Assembly (NCBI GenBank): GCA_965203515.1
Contig: OZ241907.1
Span: 2,176,001-2,240,000, forward strand
Length of the DNA: 64,000 nucleotides
From: Spirochaetia bacterium
Lineage (GTDB): Bacteria > Spirochaetota > Spirochaetia > SZUA-6 > Bin103
Reading direction: 5' to 3'
In this document: positions 56,990 through 64,000 of the stretch, piece after piece
How the letters are laid out: every line of letters begins with the position of its first letter
Position numbering within the stretch: the first letter of the stretch is position 1
Translations under genes and position numbers: made by a program
Notes under the pieces: model-generated
What the model was told of the DNA's origin: nothing
What the model saw: only the letters and a program-made list of their open reading frames with translations
Database searches by the model: none

Positions 56990-57820
56990 TCACCCCAGGA
57001 ACGCCTGGACCGCCAGGTTGCCGGCGGCCAGCACGGCCAACCCCATGGCCGCCGCGCGGAACACCCGCTCCGGCAGGCGCCGGACGATCAACACGCCCGC
57101 CGCCGCTCCGGCCAGCACCACCGGCGCGGCCACGGCGTTCAGCGCCAGCGTCGCGCCGGTCATCGTGCCGATCGCCACGTGAAACGGCACCTTCAAAAGG
57201 TTGAGGATGAAGTAGTACCACGCCCCGGTACCCATGAACTCATGCTTGGGCAACCGCATCGCCAACAGGTAGGCGGTCAGGATCGGGCCGGAAGCGTTGC
57301 TGACCATCGACGTGGCGCCCGCCAGGATCCCCAGCGCGATGGCGATGCCGGTCCGCGCGCCCCGCGGCTCCGATCTCGGAGCGCCCGCGCCGGACGCCGG
57401 GCCGCCGCCGGCTGCCGGGTCCGCCCGTCCCGCGGCGCCCGGTGACCCGCCAGCCGGACGCCACGCCGCCGCCGCGCCGGCCACGACGGTCGCCACCACG
57501 ATCAACGCGATCAGCAGGCGAAGCTGCGCGTCGTCGACCACGCGCAGCAACGCCGTCCCCAGGACGATGCCGCCCAGCGCGGCGGGCACCAGCCGGATCA
57601 GGTAGGATCGGACCACGTGACGCCGGAAGTGCACGATCGCCACCAGGTCGGCGGCGATCAACAGCGGCAGCACGATCGCTACCGAGGCGCGCACCGGGAA
57701 CGCCGCCGCCATCATCGGCGCCACCACCGGCCCCAGTCCCGGCAGGCCGGTCTTGGTGACCCCCACCAGCGCGGCGCTGCCCAGCAGCGTCCCCCACTGC
57801 AGCGCCGTCAAGGGAAACAA
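56990..57820 (-). CDS. Sulfite exporter TauE/SafE family membrane protein
   Basis: KTGLPG, LPLLIAAD, NASGP, NLLKVPF. Confidence 0.85.
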   Translation of the reverse strand: MFPLTALQWGTLLGSAALVGVTKTGLPGLGPVVAPMMAAAFPVRASVAIVLPLLIAADLVAIVHFRRHVVRSYLIRLVPAALGGIVLGTALLRVVDDAQLRLLIALIVVATVVAGAAAAWRPAGGSPGAAGRADPAAGGGPASGAGAPRSEPRGARTGIAIALGILAGATSMVSNASGPILTAYLLAMRLPKHEFMGTGAWYYFILNLLKVPFHVAIGTMTGATLALNAVAAPVVLAGAAAGVLIVRRLPERVFRAAAMGLAVLAAGNLAVQAFLG

Positions 57821-57892
57821 CCGGCGCTCCCGTCAGGCGGAACCCGCGGCCTGCGCGGCCGCGGGCAACCGGGGTAGGATCGGCGCACCGCC

Positions 57893-58942
57893 ATGTTGTT
57901 TCTGCTCGGCGACACCCTGCAGCAGCTGTACGGGCCGTTTCGCCTGCTGAGCTCGCATTTCGTCGTGGCCAGCGCCGCGCTGGTCGTCTCGTCGCTGGCC
58001 ACCTGGGTCGTCTTGCCCCGGTGGATCGGGTTCCTGCCCCGCGACCGCGGCCGCGAGCACGCGGTCGACAAGGAGGCGGCGGTCGGCAAGCCGACCGGCG
58101 CCGGGATGGTGTTCGGCATCGTGTTCGCCGTCGTCGGCATCCTCACCGCTCCGCTCGAGCTGCCGTACCTCGGGGTGGTGCTGTGCGTGACGCTGGCGAT
58201 GATCGCCGGCTTCCTGGACGACCGCAGCGCCGGCGGATGGCACGAGTACCGCAAGGGGCTGGTCGACCTGGCGATCTCGCTGGCGGCCGCGTTGCTGGTG
58301 TGCAACACGGAGCCGGCGCAGATCTGGCTGCCGTTCACCACCGCCGTCGTGACGGTGCCGCCGATCTTCTGCATCGCCGGCGGCACCATCCTGATCTGGG
58401 GAGCGATCAACGCCACCAACTGCACGGACGGCGTGGACGGCCTGTCGGGCATGTTGGCGATCCAGGCGCTCCTGAGCCTGGGCGGGCTGCTCTACTTCGT
58501 GCTCGGCCACGATCAGATCTCCGCCTACCTGCGCCTGCCGCACTACGCCGACGGCGCCAAGTGGGCGATGCTGTCGTTCGCGATGGTCGGCTGCCTGACC
58601 GGCTACCTGTGGTACAACGCCCATCCCAGCCAGCTCCTGATGGGCGATGCCGGCTCGCGGGCGGTCGGGCTGCTGCTCGGCGTCCTGGTCATCAACTCGG
58701 GCAATCCGTTCCTGATCTTCATCGTCTCCGGCGTGCTGCTGGTCAACGGCGGCACCGGGCTGATCAAGGTCGCGCTGCTGCGGTTCCTGCGCATCGCCAT
58801 CTTCGCCAAGCTGCGGTTCCCGCTGCATGACCACATGCGCAACAACCTGGGCTGGTCGAGCACCCAGGTCGTGGTGCGCTTCGCGCTGGTGCAGATCATG
58901 TTCACGCTGGTCTCACTCGTGATCCTGATCAAGGTGCGCTGA
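57893..58942 (+). CDS. mraY: Phospho-N-acetylmuramoyl-pentapeptide transferase
   Basis: GKPTGAG, GFLDD, NATNCTDGVDGL, YNAHPS..LMGDAGS, FPLHDH. Confidence 0.88.
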   Translation: MLFLLGDTLQQLYGPFRLLSSHFVVASAALVVSSLATWVVLPRWIGFLPRDRGREHAVDKEAAVGKPTGAGMVFGIVFAVVGILTAPLELPYLGVVLCVTLAMIAGFLDDRSAGGWHEYRKGLVDLAISLAAALLVCNTEPAQIWLPFTTAVVTVPPIFCIAGGTILIWGAINATNCTDGVDGLSGMLAIQALLSLGGLLYFVLGHDQISAYLRLPHYADGAKWAMLSFAMVGCLTGYLWYNAHPSQLLMGDAGSRAVGLLLGVLVINSGNPFLIFIVSGVLLVNGGTGLIKVALLRFLRIAIFAKLRFPLHDHMRNNLGWSSTQVVVRFALVQIMFTLVSLVILIKVR

Positions 58943-59776
58943 CGGCGGCGCACTCCGGTCCTCCAGGGGGCGGCCGCAATGCGGGCAGACGCGGTCGGCC
59001 GGAGGCGGCTCACGGCGGGCGTTCCGCCGCTTGGCCAGCTCCTCGATGAAGCCGGAACTGACGATGCCGGTCGGCACCGCCACCAGGCCGATCCCCATCA
59101 CCGCCACCAGCCCGCTCAGCAGCCGGCCCCAGCCGGTGACCGGCACCACGTCGCCGTAGCCGATCGTCGTGAGGGTCACCACCGCCCACCACAGCGACGA
59201 AAGGATGTTCGGGAACTTGTCCGACTGCGCGTCCCCTTCGAGGTAGTACATGAGGACCGATGCGACCAGCAGCAACAGGGTGGTCATCATCACCGTGATC
59301 ACCAACTCGTCCCGCCGCTCGCGCAGCACCTTGCCGAACAGCGACACCGTACGCATGTACCGGCTGAGCTTCAGCAGCCGCAGGAAGCGGGCGATGCGCA
59401 GCACCCGCACGATGCGCAGGTCGATCCCGAGCAACGGCAGGTAGAACGGGACGATCGCGATCAGATCGATCAACCCGGCCGGCGACACCGCGAAGCGCAG
59501 CGCGCCGACCACGCCCCCCTGCGCCGGGCGGCGATAGCGGGCGGTCCACAGCCGCAGAAGGTACTCGACCGTGAACAGGGCCACCGAGGCGACTTCCAGC
59601 CCGTGCAGCGCGCGCCTCAGCCCCGGCGTGACCCACGGCAACGTCTCGACGACGATGGCCAGCGCGTTGACGACGATCACGCTGATGATGGCGATGTCCA
59701 CGGCGGAGCTCAGCGGGTCGTCGTCACGCGCGCGCTCCAGCACCTCGTACAGGCGCCGGCGCAGGGTCGCCACCAT
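58913..59776 (-). CDS. Voltage-gated potassium channel family ion transporter
   Basis: S4 segment RIVRVLRIARFLRLLKLSRY; pore WWAVVTLTTIGYGD. Confidence 0.93.
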   Translation of the reverse strand: MVATLRRRLYEVLERARDDDPLSSAVDIAIISVIVVNALAIVVETLPWVTPGLRRALHGLEVASVALFTVEYLLRLWTARYRRPAQGGVVGALRFAVSPAGLIDLIAIVPFYLPLLGIDLRIVRVLRIARFLRLLKLSRYMRTVSLFGKVLRERRDELVITVMMTTLLLLVASVLMYYLEGDAQSDKFPNILSSLWWAVVTLTTIGYGDVVPVTGWGRLLSGLVAVMGIGLVAVPTGIVSSGFIEELAKRRNARREPPPADRVCPHCGRPLEDRSAPPSAHLDQDHE

Positions 59777-59788
59777 CGTGCGGTTGAC

Positions 59789-59817
59789 TGTAAGTGCTTA
59801 CATGTTTAGCGTAAACA
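59789..59817. promoter_or_regulatory. Two adjacent palindromes, TGTAAGTGCTTACA and TGTTTAGCGTAAACA (LacI/cre-like operators)
   Basis: Perfect 6-bp arms in each; AT-rich patch in the 50-bp divergent gap; TTGACT at 59784. Confidence 0.6.
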
Positions 59818-59826
59818 CACACCGTT

Positions 59827-60732
59827 ATGCAGACGCTTCTGGCTACGCTCACGCTCGTCCTGGAACGGGTCCCGCACTTTGCAGTCGGCATGCTGCTGGT
59901 GTTCCTGGGCAAGCTCTTCTACAACCTGACGACGCGCTACCACATCGACCACGAGATCGCGGACAACGGCAACGACGCGGTCGGCATCAGCTTCGGCGCC
60001 TACCTGCTGGGACTGGGGTTCGTGATCGCCGGCGCCGCGCGCGGGTCGGGCACGGGACTGCTCACGGATCTGGCCAACCTGGCGGTCGTGGGCGTCATCG
60101 CCATCCTCCTGCTGCGCCTGAGCGGCGTCATCAACGATTGGCTGGTGCTCCACTCGTTCTCCACCGCGCACGAGATGGTGCAGGAGCGCAGCGCGGGGAC
60201 CGGTTTCGTGGTCGGCGGCATGACCATAGCGACCGGCTTGATGATCTCCGGCGTGATGGACGGGCAGAGCGCCGGCTTCCTGTCGCTGCTGCGCGACATC
60301 GCCATCTACTGGCTCGTGGGCCAGGCGCTGCTGGTGCTGGACGGCTTGGTGTTCCAGGCGATCACCAGCTACGACGTGCACGGCGTGATCGAAGATGACA
60401 AGAACGTCGCGGCCGGCGTCAGCTTCGCCGGCTTCCTGGTGGCGCAGGGCGTGATCGTGCGCACGGCGGTGGCCGGCGCCGGCAGCGATCTGGGGACGGA
60501 GGTGCTGATCACGGCGGTGATCGGCGTCTGCGGCCTGATCCTGCTGGTGTTCGGTCGCGTGATCGCCGACCGGGTGTTTCTGCCGCGCGCCGCCCTGTCC
60601 GATGAGGTCAGGTCCAAGCGCAACACCGCCGCCGCCGCGATCGCCGCGGCCAGCTTCATCGTCGTGGCGCTCATCTACGCGGGCGCGGTTGACCCCAACG
60701 TGGCCCCGGCGGCGCCGGCCGTCGCCCCGTGA
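59827..60732 (+). CDS. DUF350 (YjfL-like) membrane protein, tandem domains
   Basis: Repeated EI...N.A.G motifs (HEIADNGNDAVG, IEDDKNVAAG, EVRSKRNTAAA). Confidence 0.8.
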   Translation: MQTLLATLTLVLERVPHFAVGMLLVFLGKLFYNLTTRYHIDHEIADNGNDAVGISFGAYLLGLGFVIAGAARGSGTGLLTDLANLAVVGVIAILLLRLSGVINDWLVLHSFSTAHEMVQERSAGTGFVVGGMTIATGLMISGVMDGQSAGFLSLLRDIAIYWLVGQALLVLDGLVFQAITSYDVHGVIEDDKNVAAGVSFAGFLVAQGVIVRTAVAGAGSDLGTEVLITAVIGVCGLILLVFGRVIADRVFLPRAALSDEVRSKRNTAAAAIAAASFIVVALIYAGAVDPNVAPAAPAVAP

Positions 60733-61415
60733 TCCGGCCTCGCCCGGCTGCCGGCAAGGCGGCCTGCGTCATAGCGATCGCCAGCATCCTGCTGCTGACC
60801 GCCGACGATGCGCTGGCGCGGCGCATGGGCGGCTTCTCCGGCGGGCGTTCGTTTTCCAGCTTCGGCTCCTCCCGATCGTTCTCCTCCCGCTCCACCCGCT
60901 CCGTGTTCGGCTCCGGCAGCCGCACGACCACCACACGCAGCACGCTGTCCGGCACGCGCGGGGTCTCCTCGCGAGCCAACACCGGCGGCGTCAGCCGCGC
61001 CCAGTACGAACGCTCCCGCACCGCCGGCACCACGTTCCGGAACCGCTCGCAGGCAGAGACGGCGTTCCGGCAGCGCAACACCGGTCAGTTTCCGTCGCGC
61101 TACGCCAGGGAGCCGGCGGCGCGGCCGACGCACATCCCGCAGACCACGCGGGTCGACGGCCGCAACGTCAACGTCAACTACAACGCCGGCCTGGGCGGCT
61201 ACGGCTACCTGCACCCGACCCTGGGCACCTGGATCCTGTACGACGCGATGACCGACGCCGCCATGATGAGCATCCTGATGAGCCGCGGCGGCTACTACTA
61301 CGGCCCCGCGCCGGGCGCCTACGGAGGCGGCGGTCTGCTCACGGGACTGCTCGTGATCGCGCTGATCGCCGGCGCCGCCTGGTGGCTGCTGCGGTCGGTC
61401 GGCCGCCGGTACTGA
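60729..61415 (+). CDS. Exported Gly/Ser/Arg-rich protein with a C-terminal TM helix
   Basis: Signal peptide, GGFSGGRSFSS low-complexity region, C-terminal TM; GTGA overlap. Confidence 0.7.
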   Translation: MIRPRPAAGKAACVIAIASILLLTADDALARRMGGFSGGRSFSSFGSSRSFSSRSTRSVFGSGSRTTTTRSTLSGTRGVSSRANTGGVSRAQYERSRTAGTTFRNRSQAETAFRQRNTGQFPSRYAREPAARPTHIPQTTRVDGRNVNVNYNAGLGGYGYLHPTLGTWILYDAMTDAAMMSILMSRGGYYYGPAPGAYGGGGLLTGLLVIALIAGAAWWLLRSVGRRY

Positions 61416-61466
61416 CGCGCCCCGGATGCGCCCCCGGACGCGTCTCCGCATGCGAGGGTCCGGCCG

Positions 61467-62240
61467 ATGAGCGACCGGCGACCGCCCGGCGCCGGCCGTC
61501 CCGGACGCCGCTTGTTCGGAGGCCTGTTTGGACGCGCAGCGCGCGCGCCCGAACCGCGGGCCACATCGACGGCCGATCCGCGGTTCTGGCGGCAGTTGGG
61601 CACCGGCGGCTCGGTGACCCTGCGCGACTTTCAGGCGATGGCGGAGGCGGCCGAGCGCGGCCTGCAGGCGGACAGCCTGGACTACCAGATCACGAACAGG
61701 CGCGCCATCGAGGTGCGCTCGACCGCCGGCGCGGTGGCCGCCGAATACCTGCTGTTCGATCTCGCCGGCGCCGAGCACCTCTATTTCCTGCTTGCGGTCA
61801 TCCGCGGCGGCGACCCGGAGCTGCGCGTCTACTTCATCGCCGACGGGCTGACGCCGGGGCCGCGCGCGGCGGTGATCGACGCCGGCGGCACCTGGTTCTT
61901 CGAAGCGCCGGCCGACCCGGACCGGTTCGTCCCCGCCCGGCTGGAGTTCGCGCGGTATCCGGCCGTGCCGCCGATCCTGGACGGCGACCGTGAGGTGGAA
62001 GCGGAGTTCGTCTCCCACGGCGGTGCGCTGTACGGCGACTACGCCGATAGCGGCGGCGCACGCGTGCCGGTCATCCTGATGGAGTACGAGACGCAGGCGG
62101 ACATCCAGAATCCGTTGCTGCTGATCGTCGAGGAGGGCGGCCTGGATGCCGGCGGCGATTCGATCCCGGACGGCGGCTTCATGACGGTGCTGATGGGCAG
62201 CCGCGTTGACCGCGGTCAGGTCGAGGTCTTTCCAGGTTGA
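61467..62240 (+). CDS. Hypothetical protein in the DUF350 operon (possibly YjfK/DUF2491-like)
   Basis: Acidic globular ORF with coding-like codon usage; its stop overlaps the next gene. Confidence 0.6.
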   Translation: MSDRRPPGAGRPGRRLFGGLFGRAARAPEPRATSTADPRFWRQLGTGGSVTLRDFQAMAEAAERGLQADSLDYQITNRRAIEVRSTAGAVAAEYLLFDLAGAEHLYFLLAVIRGGDPELRVYFIADGLTPGPRAAVIDAGGTWFFEAPADPDRFVPARLEFARYPAVPPILDGDREVEAEFVSHGGALYGDYADSGGARVPVILMEYETQADIQNPLLLIVEEGGLDAGGDSIPDGGFMTVLMGSRVDRGQVEVFPG

Positions 62241-63259
62241 GCGGATCACTCTCCTTCTACAGCGACAACAGCTCCGGCGCCCACCCGGAGGTATTGGCGG
62301 CGATCGAAGCGGCCAATCACGGTCACGTACCGGGTTACGGCGAGGACGAGCACACGCGCCGCACCGAGGCGGCGTTCGCCCGCCACTTCGGCGACGACGT
62401 CCAAGTGTTCCCGGTGGTCAACGGCAGCGCCGCCAACGTGGTGTCGGTCGCCTCCTGTTGCCGGCCCTACGAGGCGGTGATCACCACCTCGGCCGCGCAC
62501 CTGGCGTGGGCGGAGTGCGGGGCGATCGAGCGCCTGGTCGGGTGCAAGGTGATGGAGGCGCCGCACGAGCACGGCAAGATCGACCTGGAAGCGGTGCGGC
62601 GGCTGGCGTCCGCCGCGCCCAGCGACCACAGCAATCGGCCGCGCCTGATCTCCATCACGCAGGCGACCGAGCTGCTCACCGTCTACACGCCGGCGGAGAT
62701 CACCGGCATCGCCCGGCTTGCGCACGACCACGGCCTGCTGCTGCACGTCGACGGGGCGCGGATCGCCAACGCCGCCGTCAGCCTTGGCATGGAGTTGCGC
62801 GAGTGCACCCGCGACCTGGGCGTGGACCTCCTCTCCTTTGGCGGCACCAAGAACGGGCTCCTCATGGGCGAGGCGGTCGTCGCCTTCACGCCGCTGGATC
62901 ACGTCGGCTACGTGCGCAAGCAGGGGCTGCAGCTGCTGTCGAAGATGCGCTTCCTGGCCGCGCAGTTCAGCGCACTGCTCGAAGGCGATCTGTGGCGCCG
63001 CAACGCCGCGCACGCCAATGCCATGGCCGCCCACCTGGCCGCGCGCCTGCGCGCCGAAACCGACGTGGAGATACTGCATCCGGTACAGGCCAACGGCGTC
63101 TTCGCAAGGCTGCGGCCGGCGGTGATCGACGCGACCATCGGCCGCTTCCCCTACTACGTGTTCGACCCGGAGCACGGCGTGGCCCGCCTGATGACCACCT
63201 GGGACACCACCGGGGAGTTCATCGACCGCTTCGTGGACGCCGTCCGCGCGGTGCCGTAG
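62237..63259 (+). CDS. ltaE: Low-specificity L-threonine aldolase
   Basis: SDN, GYGED, NGSAAN, TQATE, HVDGARIANA, FGGTKNG, SKMRF. Confidence 0.92.
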   Translation: MSGSLSFYSDNSSGAHPEVLAAIEAANHGHVPGYGEDEHTRRTEAAFARHFGDDVQVFPVVNGSAANVVSVASCCRPYEAVITTSAAHLAWAECGAIERLVGCKVMEAPHEHGKIDLEAVRRLASAAPSDHSNRPRLISITQATELLTVYTPAEITGIARLAHDHGLLLHVDGARIANAAVSLGMELRECTRDLGVDLLSFGGTKNGLLMGEAVVAFTPLDHVGYVRKQGLQLLSKMRFLAAQFSALLEGDLWRRNAAHANAMAAHLAARLRAETDVEILHPVQANGVFARLRPAVIDATIGRFPYYVFDPEHGVARLMTTWDTTGEFIDRFVDAVRAVP

Positions 63260-63291
63260 ACCGCGCGTAGCACCGTCGGCATTTCGCCCCC

Positions 63292-64000
63292 ATGAACGCC
63301 GGAGTGCCGGAGTCGATACGAGAGCGGTTGTCCGCCGCCGGCGTCCAGGACCGGAATATCCTGCACGCGATCAGCTCCGACCTCTGTCTGGACGGGCGCT
63401 ACGGCGAGGAGTGGGCCGTCGCCACGCCGACCTCCCTGCACGTCGTCACCTCCGGCGGCATCGAAAGCCTGGCGCTCGACCGGATCGGTCCGCTACAGGT
63501 CGAGAGTCTGGTCTCCGGCGGGCTGCTCACCGCCGGCCGCGCGGCTCCCGACAGCGCCGGCGTCGCTACCGAAGAGCGGTTGTTGTTGCGCTTCAGCAAC
63601 AGCCGGGCCCGACAGTTCGGGACGTTCGCCGGCGCCGTCGCCGCCTTGCAGAAGGGCGACGAACCGCCGGCCGCCGAGGCGGTGCGCGAGCAGACCTGCC
63701 CCACCTGCGGCCTGCGCTACCCCGATCAGAACCGCGCCGTCTGCCCGCGCTGCATCGACAAGCGCGGCCTGTTCCTCCGGGTACTCGGCTACCTGCGCCC
63801 GTACCGGCGTCTCGTGGCGTTCATCGCCGGCACCATGATCGCCAGCACGGCGCTCAGGACCGCCGCGCCGCTGCTCTCAGGCCGCGTGCTGTTCGATGAC
63901 GTGCTCGATCCCGCCGGACGCTTCCACGGGCGCGTGCTGGAGGTGGTACTGCTGATCATCGCCGTGCACGGCGCCGGCGTCGGCGCCCAGATGATGTACC
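63292..64000 (+). CDS. ABC transporter permease/ATP-binding protein with N-terminal extension (truncated by the window edge)
   Basis: Open from ATG 63292: SDLCLDGRYGEEW...CPTCG..VCPRC...RVLGYLRPY...PLLSGRVLFDDVL, the start of an ABC membrane domain. Confidence 0.75.
   Translation, partial: MNAGVPESIRERLSAAGVQDRNILHAISSDLCLDGRYGEEWAVATPTSLHVVTSGGIESLALDRIGPLQVESLVSGGLLTAGRAAPDSAGVATEERLLLRFSNSRARQFGTFAGAVAALQKGDEPPAAEAVREQTCPTCGLRYPDQNRAVCPRCIDKRGLFLRVLGYLRPYRRLVAFIAGTMIASTALRTAAPLLSGRVLFDDVLDPAGRFHGRVLEVVLLIIAVHGAGVGAQMMY

Noticed and set aside
1..64000. tRNA, rRNA, integrase or prophage genes
   Set aside because: None recognised; small structured RNAs cannot be excluded without a covariance-model search.

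Overview
High-GC bacterial genomic DNA. The FlgD-Ig/OmpA repeat protein, MraY type and FadD suggest a spirochaete, possibly host- or sponge-associated; this is inference only. Positions 1.2-15.4 kb hold a complete type I-D CRISPR-Cas locus on the minus strand (cas6-cas10d-cas7-cas5-cas3'-cas4-cas1-cas2). It has a 59-repeat/58-spacer array with a 28-bp repeat and 31-47 bp spacers, a hidden in-frame Cas11d start inside cas10d, and a divergent CapW/BrxR-like WYL regulator with an inverted-repeat candidate operator. Housekeeping and metabolic genes follow: metG, sugar oxidoreductases, prs, rpsR, a LigD with an apparently dead ligase domain, an OmpA/Ig-repeat protein, an enolase-family enzyme and FadD. 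From ~35.8 to 56.3 kb lies a defence and decay hotspot. It carries a type III R-M system, a DUF262 stub, an ABC-ATPase/TOPRIM pair, a shattered arylsulfotransferase, a collapsed scar of a second type III R-M copy, an MMPL/LolA-like/outer-membrane trio, an AAA-nuclease, VapBC, and an intact IS3-family element that disrupts a histidine phosphatase gene. The window ends with a TauE-family gene, mraY, a K+ channel, a DUF350 operon, ltaE and a truncated ABC transporter. All family calls come from motif recognition by eye; no database searches were run.
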